Assembly: GCA_009602735.1 (NCBI GenBank)
Contig: WELA01002099.1
Location: 152,535-216,534 of the forward strand
Length of the DNA: 64,000 nucleotides
Origin: Mesotaenium endlicherianum
Taxonomy: Eukaryota
Direction of reading: 5' to 3'
Under the pieces are notes generated by a model, which ran no database searches, had not been told where the DNA came from, and worked only from the letters and a program-made list of their open reading frames with translations. Below, piece after piece: positions 47,953 to 61,400 of this stretch (positions are counted from its first letter, which is position 1; each line of letters begins with the position of its first letter). A program made the position numbers and the translations under genes.

Positions 47953-50900
47953 CTCACGGATCTACTCAAGAAGGACAAGCCATACGTTTGGACCAAGAAA
48001 GAGGAGGAAGCATTCCAACAACTGAAGCAAAGATTGACGACATCCCCGGTGCTTACACTCCCAAGTCCAAACCTTGATTGGCCCTTCCACGTCATCACCG
48101 ATGCATCTGCTTATGCAATAAGAGCAATCTTGCTTCAAGACCAAGGCAAGGGATTGCAGCCCATTGCCTATGAGTTCAGGAAGCTGAATCCAGCCCAGCA
48201 AAATTTTACAACCACGGAGCGAGAGGCATTGGCGATTATACATGCCTTGAAGGTTTGGCGCTGCTACGTTGAAGGACGCAAGGTGCTGGTCACTACGGAC
48301 CACGAGGCGTTGAAGCACCTCCAGACGCAGCCGTATCTCTCAAGAAGACAAGCAAGATGGAGTGGATACTTGCAACAATGCAACATCACAATTCAGTACC
48401 AGTCCGGCAAGACAAACCCGGCTAACCCCCTTCCAAGACTGCAATGAAACGCAGTGATGACATCCCTGAAGACAGATCTGGGAGCTCATTTTTCAACCGC
48501 CTATGAAAAAGACCCTTACTACAAGAACTGAGAAGCAGCCTTGGACTCATACAAGAAGCAAGAAGGCAATTATTAGGTGAGGCAAGACACGGGCCAGAGA
48601 TGTGTTCCTGATGACTTAGACCTCCGGCTCTTGCTCATATGAGAAGCACACGACAACCCTCTTGGAGGACACTTTGGGATACTCAAGACCACACGCGTTG
48701 TAGCCAGGACTTATTGCTGGCCTGGCATGTCTAAGAAAGTCAAGGAGTACTGCAGGAGCTGTGACACATGCCAAAGAGTCATGCCATCATCATAAAAGGC
48801 GGGAGGACTCCTCCAACCACCACCAATTCTAAAAAGGCAATGGACGGACATCTCGATGGACCTTATCGTGGACCTGCCTGTGACACCTCGAGGCCATAAT
48901 GCAATACTAACGGTGGTGGACAGACTCATCAAGATGGCTCATTTCATTCCCACGATGACTAAGGCTACAGCACCACAGCTTGCAAGACTCATCTTTGACA
49001 ACATCTTCCGACTCCATGGACTACCATCAAAAATTGTGTCGGATAGAGATCCAAGATTCACAAGCCATTTCTGGAAAAATCTCTTCAAGAACTTGGGTAC
49101 ATCGCTGGATATGTCTGCTGCCTACCACCCGCAATCAGATGGGCAAACAGAGCGCATGAATCGTACCCTAAGGACCTCTCTAAAGGCGTACGTGTCTACT
49201 CTGGAGCAAGGCTGGGACATGTACTAGACCCCCTTGGAGTTTGCCTACAATAACATGACGCAGGCCTCTATTCAAGAGTCTCCATTCTTCCTCAACTATG
49301 GCTTCCATCCGACCACGCCATTGAGCTTCACGGCTAGCCATGATAATGTACCTGCAGTCACAAATTTTTTGGAGACAGCAAAAGCAGCCCTTGCAACTGC
49401 GAAGAAGACTCTACAACACGCGCAAGATGCTCAAGCAAGAGTCGCAAACAGGTCCAGAAGAGAAATTACGTACAGAGTGGGTGACAACGTGTTACTATCA
49501 TCCAAGAATATTTCCCTGAACAACAAGCCTGCCGGCAGCAAGTTCTCTCCCAAGTATTTGGGACCCTTCAAAATTATCCAGCAAGTCAACCCCGTTGCTT
49601 TCAAGCTAGATTTTCCCCAGACTATGCACATCGACCCCGTATTCTATGCTTCCCTCTTCAAGCCATATGTGCAACCGGGCAACAAGTTCCCAGGACGAGT
49701 GACAACCCCACCAGTCCCAATAATTGTGGATGATCATTTGGAGTACAAAGTGGAAGGTATTTTGGCTGTGAGAAATTTCAGGAGACAGCAGCAATACTTG
49801 ATCAAGTGGAAAGGACATCCAAATTCTGAGAATAGTTGGATGGCGGCGCACTACCTTGACAAAGTTCAGAGAAAGTTGAGACGGTTCCATGTCGTCAACT
49901 CCCATCTTGGGCCAGCCCAAAAGTCTCTCTACTAGAAGCCAGAAGATTTCAGGGAGGCAGCCTACCACCATCAAGAAGCACCAAAAGACCACTTGGAGAC
50001 GGCCTGCAAGAACCAAAACGAGGAAAAATTGATATTAGACATTCTTCTCTTCTCGCAATTTTTGAATAGACAACTAAAACTGCTATTTTCGATAGGTATC
50101 AGATGCTCATTATTTTCTGAAATTTTACCTAGCTAAATTCCATGAGTAGCTGGTCCTTTAGAGCCCAAGTTTGCTCAATTTGGAGCACTGGTGAGAGAGA
50201 TATGATCCTCTGAGTAGAAGGGGGTCAGGCTGCTGGCATTATTAGGGCAGAATATGCCTTCTGACATTGCGCCCTCCCCTGAACTTGGAATGCTCTGAAA
50301 CTCAAGACTATGGAAGAAGACCTTATTGCGCCCATTTAGAGCTAAACTTTGCAAAATTTGGAGAAGTATGATATTCAAAAATTCCTGCACAAATTTGGAG
50401 GAGTACTCACTCTCTTTGCTCTCGACAACACTCCAAAAGTTGGAATGCTCTCAAATTCAGTGACCTGGTAGATTTCTTTGACGCGCTCCATTTGACATTA
50501 GAATTTTTAGGTTTTGGAGCAATTATGTGGACGCTATGAGCTTTTGAATTTATGGCAGATTTTGGGCCAATTTGTACTATTTTCCTTATCGTCAAGGAGT
50601 AGGCTAGCCAATAAGGTCACACCAACCACGACCTTGCCTAGTTTACCTTACATGTGTAGCACCTGGCTTGGTTGTCTTTGAATAATCCTCTGCACATGTG
50701 TGGCACCCAACTTGCAGCTGTTGACTAGTCTGCTCCACATGTGTAAGCCCTGACTTGACGCGTCGAGACGTCGCTTTTTTTGTCGGGGGAGTGATGTAGT
50801 GATTTGAGTTATAATATATTAGTTTGCGTATATTTTAATGCTTTGGAATATATTTGGAGTAGTATTGTGTGAATTCGAGTGTGAATAGATACTCTAATGA

Positions 50901-51430
50901 CTTGATTCATGTTCTTTGAACCTTCTAAGGCATTTTCAAAGAAAGAGGAAGGACCTAGAAAAACTCCATGTGGCAAAAGTCAAATGTGCCATTTTTAGGT
51001 CAAAAGGACATGTGTACATTATTCTAGAAAGAGGTGGCAAGTTTTGGGATGTGTTGGGTGCCGACACATTAACATGCACCTTCGTAGAAATTTCTCATGT
51101 AGCAAGTATATAAACAAGAGCTAGAACATAGAAAGGGCATTCCAAAATCACTCTTGTACTGGCCAAATTCCAGAAATATATTAACTTTCAAGAAGTCACC
51201 TCTCTTCTAAAAAGCTACCACTTGTGTTCAAAGATCCTTGTCTTGAATAGATAAAGTATTGTGTTTTACTGAGGTCCTTATCTATCAGTTTCACTACAGT
51301 GGTAAAGAAGCAAGGCACTTTGGTAGCCCAAGAAGATGGCCGATCCTCAAGACCAACAACAAGCTTTTGAAGGAAGCCCTTCCTCCAAGAGACTCTCCTC
51401 CAGCACCGACCCTCCTCCAGCACAAGCACC
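47953..51430 (+). mobile_element. Family C fragment: RNaseH-IN-chromodomain, LTR (50795-51298), then degenerate PBS and gag start of a tandem C copy
   Basis: Colinear with C1 from about 26262 to 29635. After the LTR come TGGTAAAGAAGC and MADPQDQQQAFEG, as at 23824. Confidence 0.9.
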
Positions 51431-53342
51431 TAGAATTTTCTGCTCACTAAGGAGTGTTGTGACCCGCTCAGAAGGAGGCTTTGCGACTTGCTCTGGACAT
51501 ACTCTTTATAGACCCCTTGCCTTTCCCCTTAAATCATTTCTCGACCCCTTTGCAAAAGGGCATGTTCAGAAAGTATGCCTAGAATTCCCGCATGCAAAAC
51601 ACAGACCCTCCGTTAACATGCGGGCAAGAGCCTCGGTGTTGTTTATCTTGCTAACCTTGGGAGGAGGATCCGATGATCTGGACGGGGTGGCTCCTGCAAA
51701 TAAGGAGTGTTTCTCTTCGGTCCCAATGGGCTAGAATTAGGAAAGGAGGGTGGAGGACGTGAAGGACGAACGAGCTGACGCTTAGACCGTGCGACCGGCT
51801 CCTCTTGTGCTAAAGTCTCAGTGTACCGTATCAGATCACTAACCGTAGTCCACTCTAAACCTGTCACAGGATTTGTGTTAAGACGCATAGCATATACCGA
51901 CTGGAGACCTAGGCGAAAAAGGTGAATTTGAGTACCGCCGTCTGCTGGGATATCAACTATCTGGGCTACCAGAATATGGAACTTATTGACATAAGTCTCG
52001 ATGGTGCCCGTCTGCTTTAACTGAAGTAACTTGTCACGAGCCAACTTGGGAGGGTTGTGGCGTCCAAAGGAACTATGTGACGCAGTAGAGTACTTCTCAA
52101 AGGACACGGGACTCCTGTCTTGTGCATGCCACAATTGAGAGGCGTCCCCCTTGAGAAAGGTGGAAGCCATCATGGTTTGGTCAGCGAGAGCGACCTTTGC
52201 GAGCGCAAAGAACGTTTTCAGCTCCTTGAAAAACGACGCACATCAATGCCGGGGCCGTCCTGAAAATTTTCAAGCGGAGAAGGCTTGTATGAAGGCGTTG
52301 GTGCCGCGGCCTGCCTAAGAATGGCGGGCGGAGGGTTGATGTTGCCTCCGGCGTTGAATGTGCCCAGCATTCCCTGGGCAGCCTAAGAAAGGACCAACAG
52401 TACGGTGAGATTCCATAGCAGTACCAAAACGAGTAACTAAATTTGTTAAGTCAACATGACTAGCCTCAGCGAGATTCATGCGGCCTTCTTCTTGACCAAT
52501 CAAAATGTGACAAAGTGCTCGGAGCCAGAGTCATGGTTTGAGTGTCGTTTGTCAAGGGAGTGAAGCGGCCAAGAACACTCGCTTGGACTGAACCCGGCAA
52601 AAGTGGTGCAGCCGGCAAAACTCCGCCGCCGCCCTGAGGGTTGGGAGGAATGTTGATGGTGCCAGCATTGGCGTTGGTCGTCAGGGCAGCAGCATTTGCG
52701 GCTGCAATAGTAGCAGCGGAAGCAGCAACATCGGCACCAGTGTCGGTTTTCATAGGAAAGCCAAGGTAGCGCCCGAACGCAGAGAAAAAAATTCCCGTCG
52801 GACGACGATAAGCAACCGTATATCAAGCCGATACTGGGATGGGTGACCGCTTGACAATCTGCCCCAGAAACTACGATAAGTGACCGTAGCGCAGGGCAGC
52901 ATTGGGATGGGTGACCACTCGGCAATCTATGATAAGCGACCATAGCGCAGGGCAATACTGTGATGGGTGACCGTTCTAATAAAGAATTGCCCCGAAGACA
53001 TATTTTTCCAAAATATATTTTCCAACCAATTTCCTTGGAGAAACCGAGATTGACTCCAATACCAATGTAAAGTTTCTGCTTCTCACGAGGATCTTTGCTT
53101 GGTATTCAAGGATATTTCATTATTAGCGAAAAAGAAATAGCAATTACTTCGCAAAAATGGACAATCCTTGTGAAAGCGAAAATGACAACTAAAGTAGAAT
53201 TTCTGCTTGTAAGAGTTGCACTCACAATGACTCTTGCAAGCATATATACTTGCACAACGTGAGGCACTGGAGTGCTTCCAGTCACCACCTAGGGCACTGG
53301 TTCATATTCATCGAAAACAGGCGGAGGGGGATTACCCGTTTG
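51430..53342 (-). mobile_element. Family E LTR element fragment (partial 5' LTR 53066-53342, PBS, gag remnant)
   Basis: TTTACA-T-TGGTATTGGAGT on the - strand. gag FLKGDASQLW..ARDKLLQLKQTGTIETYVNKF. Knuckle CFACGNSRHTF*TC at about 51560-51605. Confidence 0.75.
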
Positions 53343-56300
53343 TGTAATGAATTAGTATATTGGTTGATTCAATATTCATTTAAATATAATAGTTATATAA
53401 GTTCAGCCTGCTGAACATTAGTTACTATTAAGTCTGCTGGATTTTATTAAATCCTCCAATAAACGACTCAGCCGGGGGCAGCAGGCTGAAGTCAACTTAG
53501 GAGAGCTTGCTGACACATTCTTTGACAGCCAGCTGACTTCCGTACTCGGTAGCAGCAAACTGCCTAGATATGCATCTAAGTGTGGTGTGCTAGATGAATG
53601 GCCAGATGACATCCTTAGGATGAATGGCAATTCAGGATGATGGGAGATGGCGGTGGATTTGGTTAACCGAGGTCCTACCAACGTGGTAAACTCCCGGGTA
53701 GGCGACGCCATCGCACTGGCAGTTGAACAGTAAACTCATTCCATGTACGTATGCTAGGTATTGCTCCGGAGTTCAGCATTCGAAAAGGAGGCCAACTCTC
53801 TTGTACAGCTTACTGAGAGAGATCTGAATCCAAGGCGAGAAGCGATTGTTGTGCACTGTCTCCTAGCCTTCCTTATGTGTGAGTATACTGATTGCATTAT
53901 TGATGCTAGTTTACTTGCATTTGATTTACAATTGTTGTTCACTGCTAGTGTGTTGTCCTCTTGCCGTTTAATCAATTAACGGAAAATCCATAAAGATTAC
54001 TTGCTGATATAAAGATCTTTATTAATTGTTAATCGCCTATTTGGTAAGTCGATTTATTTCAGTCGTATCGGAGCAGTTATCACAGTCTTCTTCGTATGGT
54101 AAGGACAAGGTCTCAAACTAGCAACTCCCTAGACATGGAGAACCAGGATAACGAGAATGTTGAAAACCAGGCGGAAAACCATGTAGCGGGAACCCGTACC
54201 TATTCTGAAGCAGTGGCAGATACTGCAGCTAGAGAGGCTGCAGATGAGGCAGCCGCTATTGCCGCAGTCGCAGCATAGCAGGCTGAGGAGGAGAGAGCCA
54301 GAATTGAAGTTGAACGATTAGCAAAGGCTGCTGAAGATACAAAATCGAGGGAAGGACAGCCAGCGGACGACTGCACTGTCGAAGAACTTATGGCATCAAG
54401 GGCCAATGTTTTGAACCCACCTCCTGCTGTACAACTCAATGTGCCCCTAGGTCAAATTTGTGACCGGCTGAATGCGGCAAGAATTGCTGCTGCAGGAGCG
54501 AGAGGGACTGTTGAGGACACAAGTCAGCGAATGGATGCCGCTCCTACAGCTGCATTTGCTAGACTCCCATCTCAGAATGTGGATCTGGGAGCTTTGTTCG
54601 TGCAAATGCAATCACAAATGGCGAGCATGTATCAGTCCCAACAGCAGGACAAAAGAATCATAATGTCTCTACTGCGAGATCGAGACCAACTGGGTTCTCA
54701 AACCATGGGTGGTGGTGGCAGAGGGCCTAGTAAGCCCAAGCCGAAACCTCCCCAGGAATATGATCCTGAGGGTAACAAAAAGTATTACCTGATCAAGTTT
54801 CTCGCTGATGTTGAGCAGTGGCTGGAGAACTACCCAGAACTGCAAGATCACGAGAACGTCAGGCACACTGGTGCTCTACTAAAGGCAGCGCAGCAGACTG
54901 GTGGCTATACTGGAAAGGAGAGCGCAAGGCTCAACAACTCGGTGACCCTGCTTGGGTAGAGTTTGTCGAGAAACTGCATGAGAAGTTTGATGTGATCAAT
55001 CAGCAGGAGAAAGCTATCTTTGCGAGGATCTCCTTGACACTGAAGCAGACCACTTCAGTTGCTGAGTTTGCTCAAAATTTCCAGGAGAACATGATGAAGC
55101 AACCAGACTTGCCAGAGCGATATAGGATAGCATACTTCAGGTCTGGCTTGAAATCCGAAGTTTTTGGTCATTTTGCTAAAGAGAAGTATGAGAAGTTGGC
55201 TGACTTGATCCAGGATCCTGATGCCTGGGATCAGCAGCAGTTCAATCACAAGCGCCAGAGTAATGCTTTGGTGTCTAAGGTTGTCAAAAAGCCCCACAGT
55301 TCCTACAATGCAATTGAAGGAGACCAGGCTGAGGATGATCAGGGTGATGGATATGAGTATGACTATATTGCCATACAGTCTAGAGGTAGAGGTGGTTTCC
55401 CTCGAGGCGACTATGGAAGAGGTGGTGGTAGGACTTAGCCGAGACCAGCCTCAGCAAAATCGATTTGCTTCCATTGCCAGCAGCCAGGTCACTTCAGAGA
55501 GCAGTGTCCAGACAAGCACCTCCCAAAGGTCGAGAGAAAAGACCAGCCTTTAAAAAGACAGCACAGTCAGTAGTCCAGTCTACTGACTGTGAGGATGCTA
55601 GAGATAGTGAGTCGTCACTAGCTGCCCTCGTAGCAGGTATTATGGGTCCTGCTGAATTGGATTCACTATGCATGCCTGACAACCAGATGAAGGAGACTAT
55701 CAGCAATTTAGATCTCCAGAGAGTGCACCCTCTGGATGATCTTGTTCCACCTGATGTCCAACATTTCTTTGCTAAGTCAGGAGAACAATGCAAAAGTCAG
55801 GAAAAGACAGTCCCCCCTATCCTAATGCATTGCATGATTGCAGGTAGGAAGGTGAGGGCATTTGTTGAAGGAGGGGCGTCACATACTTTCATCCATAAGG
55901 ACTTAGTTAAGTGGCTAAGGCTGCCTACTGTCACCCAAGGGAATAGAAAAATATTCCTTGGAGATGCCTCAAATATCCCGGGAGGAATTGTAACCAAGCC
56001 TATTGAGGTCCAGTTAGGTTCTGGCATTGCAGTTCTAATTGATACGCTTACATTTGAGGTACTCAACACTGGCTTTTATGATCTCGTGCTAGGCTGGTTC
56101 TGGCTTAATAGACATCAAGCTGAAGTGTGTTGGAGCAGAGGTACAGTTAAAGTGAGAGGAGCCAGTGATGGGCAGATTAACTTGGCACCCACCAGTGCTC
56201 TTCCTCTTGTCCTGCATGGATGGCAAATGAAGGAAAAGAAGAGGCTTCCAGGAGGATGCAAATTGCTGAATGTAATGGAGTTCATCAACAGCTGGAACCA

Positions 56301-58402
56301 GAAGGAAGACAGAATGTTCTGTCTGCTGCTAAAAGGGGTACCTCCTTGACCTGAAGAAGTGGTTGAGAAAAAGGTAAGCCCTCCGGAGCACCCAACTGCT
56401 GCAAAAATAGTTGCTCAGTACACTGATGTTTTTAATATGCCTCCAGGACTACCTCTTAAGAGGGAAGTGGATCACAGGATTGATTTATTACCTGGGAGTC
56501 AGCCACCTTGGCAACGCACTTATGGCTTGTCTTATGTGGAGAGCGAGGAGTTGAAAACACAGATCGCAGAGCTTGAGGAAAATGGTTATATTTCCCCTAG
56601 TAAATCACCTTATGGCGCACCCATTCTCTTTGTTAAGAAAAAGGATGGGAGTATGCGGATGTGCGTTGATTACAGAGCTCTTAACAGAATTTTAGTAAAG
56701 AACAAGTATGCTTTATCCAGAATCGAGGACTTGCTCGATACCCTGTCTGGTGCTAAGGTGTTCAGCAAGATAGATCTCAAGAGTGGTTATCATCAAATCA
56801 GAATTGCTAAAGGGGATGAACACAAGACTGCCTTTCGCACACGTTATGGACACTATAAGTTCAATGTGATGCCATTTGGACTGACTAATGCTCCTGCAAC
56901 CTTCATGGGTGCTATGAATGACATGTTCAGACCTTACCGGGATAAGTTTGTGCAAGTCTTTCAAGATGATATAATAATTTTCTCTAAGGATGAAGCTCAA
57001 CATGCTGAACAGTTAAAGACAGTTATGGACACTCTGAGAAGGAACGAGTTGTATGCTAAAACGAGCAAGTGCGATTCCTTCAAAGATAGTATTAAATTCT
57101 TAGGCCATGTTGTCAGCAAAGAGGGCATCAGTGTGGATCCTAAGAAAGTCCAGACCATAAGGGACTGGCCTATACCACAATCCGTCTCCGAAGTTAGATT
57201 CTTCCTTGGGTTGGCTAACTACTATAGGAGATTTATTGAGAATTATTCTACAAAGGCCAGTAAACTGATTGACCTTACCAAGAAAGACATAGGGTATGTG
57301 TGGAGGGAAGAGCAGCGACTGCTTTCCAGACCCTTAAAGGTGCTCTTTGTTCTGCCCTAGTGCTAGCCGTGTATGACCCCAGCAAACCTGTGCAGGTGGT
57401 TACTGATGCCTCTGACTTTGCCATGGGTGCTATTTTGTTGCAGCCTGCTGACAAAACCACAAAGGATGGTAAGGTAAAGCAGGAGTGGCATCCTGTGTTG
57501 TATGAGTCTATGAAATTTAATCCAGCTGAGATTAATTACTCAGTGCATGACAAAGAGCTGCTAGCAATCATTCATGTGCTCAAACAGTGGAGAGCATATT
57601 TACATGGTAAGGCGTTTAAGGTGATGACAGATCATCTAGCTCTGACTCACTTTTGGAAGAAGTCCAAGCTGTCGAGGAGGGAGAACCGCTGGAGCCAGAT
57701 GCTGGAGCAGTTTCAAGTCCAGATTGACTACAAACCAAGGAAGTTGGATCCTGCTGATGCACTCTCTAGAAGACCTGACTTGCAAGAAAGGAACTTTAGT
57801 CAGCATGCTGTAGATAAAGTCCTGTGTGCACTCACTTCACTAAAGGTGAAAAAGTCCTTCCTTGAACAACTTAGGAAAGCCTACCTTTCTGACCCAACAT
57901 TGGAGCCCAGCCCCACTGATGGTGTGTGTCCTGCTACTGCACTCGGGTATAGACTTAAGGGTGGGGTCTGGGTAACTGAAACCACTTCAGGCAGGCTAAA
58001 GCTGGTCATTCCTAATCACTTGGAAATAAGGTCCCTTTTACTGAGTCAAGCACATGACAGTTTACTGGGTGGGAATTTGGGGCAGGCTAAAACTGTTGGC
58101 AAATTGGCAAAACATTATCATTGGGAGGAATAACCTCGGGAGGTCTTGAAATATGTTAAGTACTGTGACCAGTGCCAAAGGAATAAGTCTAGGTACACAC
58201 CACCGGGGGGGCTCTTACAACCGCTGCCCATCCCAGCTGGCCGCTGGGAAACAATATCCATGGACTGGGTGGTAACACTACCAAGAACTGCCAATGGGCA
58301 TGATTTGATACTGGTAGTAGTGGATAAACTGACAAAAATAATCATCTTCATCCCCACAACTGCAAAAGTAACTGCACTCGAAACAGCGAGACAATTCTAC
58401 AA
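53343..58402 (+). mobile_element. Family A element A3 (5' LTR 53343-54061, decayed gag-pol up to integrase), inserted in the E LTR
   Basis: LTR, PBS TCGTATCGGAGC at 54063-54074, gag from 54096 with stop and frameshift, pol with stops. Interrupted at 58403. Confidence 0.92.
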
Positions 58403-61400
58403 TGTAATGAATCATAATGTCTCTACTGCGGGACAGAGACCAACTGGGGTCTCAAACCACTAGTGGTGGTGGCCGAGGGCCTAGTAAGACCAAGCCAAAA
58501 CCTCCCCAGGAATATGATCCTGAGGGAAACAGAAAATATTACCTTATCAAGTTTCTCGCGGATGTTGAGCAGTGGCTGGAGAACTACCCAGAACTGCAAG
58601 ATTACGAGAAGGTCAGGCACACCGGTGCGCTACTGAAAGGCAGTGCCGCAGACTGGTGGCTTTACTGGAAAGGAGAGCGTAAGGCTCGGCAACTCGGGGA
58701 CCCTACGTGGGTAGAGTTTGTGGAGAAGTTGCATGAGAAATTTGATGTCATCAACCAGCAGGAGAAAGATATCTATGCGATGATCTCCCTGACACTGAAG
58801 CAGACCACTTCAGTTGGTGAGTTTGCTCAAAAGTTCCAGGAGAACATGATGAAGCAGCCAGACTTGCCAGAACGGTATAGGATAGCATATTACAGATATG
58901 GTTTGAAATCCGAAGTCTCTGGTCATTTCGCTGAGAAGAAGTATGAGAAACTGGCTGACTTGATCCAAGATGCTGATGCCTGGGATCAGCAGCAGTTCAA
59001 TCACAAGCGCCAGAGTAGTGCTTTGGTGTCTAAGATTGTCAAAAATCCCCACGGTTCCTACAATGCAATTGTAGGAGACCAGGCTGAGGATGATCAGGGT
59101 GATGGATATGAGTATGACTATATTGCCATACAGTCTAGAGGTAGAGGTGGTTTCCCTCGAGGCGGCTATGGAAGAGGTGGTGGTAGGACTAAGCCGAGAC
59201 CAGCCTCAGCAAAATCGATTTGCTTCCATTGCCAGCAGCCAGGTCACTTCAGAGAGCAGTGTCCAGACAAGCACCTCCCAAAGGTCGAGAGAAAAGACCA
59301 GCCTTTAAAAGACAGCAACAGTCAGTAATCCAGTCTACTGACTGTGAGGATGCTAGAGATAGTGAGTCGTCACTAGCTGCCCTCGTAGCAGGTATTATGG
59401 GTCCTGCTGAACTGGATTCACTATGCATGCCTGACAACCAGATAAAGGAGACCATCAGCAATATAGACGTCCAGAGAGTGCACACTCTGGATGCTCTTGT
59501 TCCACCTGATGTCCAACATTTCTTTGCTACGTCAGGAGAACAATGCGAAAGTCAGGAAAAGACAGTCCCCCCTATCCTACTGCATTGCATGATTGCAGGT
59601 AGGAAGGTGAGGGCATTTGTTGACGGAGGGGCGTCACATACTTTTATCCACAAGGACTTAGTTAAGCGGCTAAGGCTGCCTACTGTCACCCAAGGGAATA
59701 GAAAAATATTCCTTGGAGATGCCTCAAGTATCCCGGGAGGAGTTATAACCAAGCCTATTGAGGTCCAGTTAGGTTCTGGCATTGCAATTCTAACTGAAAC
59801 GCTTACATTTGAGGTACTCAACACTGGCTTTTATGATCTCGTACTAGGCAGGTCCTGGCTTAATAGACATCAAGCTGAAGTGTGTTGGAGCAGAGGTACA
59901 GTTAAAGTGAGAGGAGCCAGTGATGGGCAGACTTATTTGGCACCCACCAGTGCTCTTCCTCTTGTCCTGCATGGATGGCAAATGAAGGAAAAGAAGAGGC
60001 TTCCAAAAGGATGCAAGATGCTAAATGCAATGGAGTTCGTCAAAAGCTGGAACCAGAAGGAAAACATAATGTTCTGTCTGTTGCTAAGAGAGGTACCTCC
60101 TCAACCTGAAGAAGTTGTGGAGAAAAAGGTAAGCCCTCCGGAGCACCCTACTGCTGCAAAGATTGTTGCTCAGCATACAAATGTATTAATATGCCTTCAG
60201 GACTACCCCCTAAGAGAGAAGTAGATCATAGGATTGATTTATTACCTGGGAGTCAGCCACCCTGGCAACGCACTTATGACTTGTCTTATGTGGAGTGCGA
60301 GGAGTTGAAAACACAGATCGCAGAGCTTGAGGAAAATGGTTATATTTCCCCCAGTAAATCACCTTATGGCGCACCCATCCTGTTTGTTAAGAAAAAGGAT
60401 GGCAGTATGCGGATGTGTGTGGATTACAGTAAAGAACAAGTATGCTTTACCGAGAATCGAGGACTTGCTTGATACCCTGTCTGGTGCTAAGGTGTTCAGT
60501 AAGATAGATCTCTAGAGTGGTTATCATCAAATCAGAATTGCTGAGGGGGATGAACACAAGACTGCCTTCCGCACACGTTATGGACACTATGAGTTCAACG
60601 TGATGCCATTTGGACTAATTAATGCCCTTGCGACCTTCATGGGTGCTATGAATGACATTTTCAGACCTTATTTGGATAAGTTTGTGCAAGTTTTCTTGGA
60701 TGATATTTTAATTTCCTCAAAAGATGAAGGTCAGCACGCTAAACACTTGAACACAGTCATGGCCACTCTTAGAAAAAATCATTTATATGCTAATATGAGC
60801 AAGTGTGATTTCTTTAAAGAAAGCATTGAATTCTTAGGCCACGTCGTCAGTAAAGCAGGCATCAATGTGGATCCTAAGAAAGTCCAGACCATAAGGGACT
60901 GGCCAATACCACAGTCTGTCTCTGAAGTTAGATCCTTCCTCGGGTTGGCTAACTACTATAGGAGATTTATTGAGAATTATTTTACAAAGGCCAGTAAATT
61001 GACTGACCTTACTAAAAAGGACATAGGGTATGTGTGGGGGGAAGAGCAGCAGGGTGCCTTCCAGACCCTTAAAAATGCTCTTTGTTTTGCCTCGGTGCTA
61101 GCCGTGTATGAACCCAGCAAACCGGTGCAGGTGGTTACTGACGCCTCTGACTTTGCCATGGGTGCTATTTTGTTGCAGCCTGCTGACAAAACCACCGAGG
61201 ATGGTAAGGTACGACAGGAGTGGCATCCTGTGTTGTATGAGTCTATGAAATTTAATTCAGCGGAGATTAATTACTCAGTGCATGATAAAGAGCTGCTAGC
61301 TATCATTCATGTGCTCAAACAATGGAGAGCATACTTACATGGTAAAGCTTTTAAGTGATTACAGATCATCTATCTCTGACTCACTTTCAAAAAAAGTCCA

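Noticed and set aside
52830..52975. CRISPR-like spaced repeats (GGGTGACC, GCGCAGGGCA)
   Set aside because: Short degenerate tandem repeats in the family E leader, in a eukaryotic context with no cas genes
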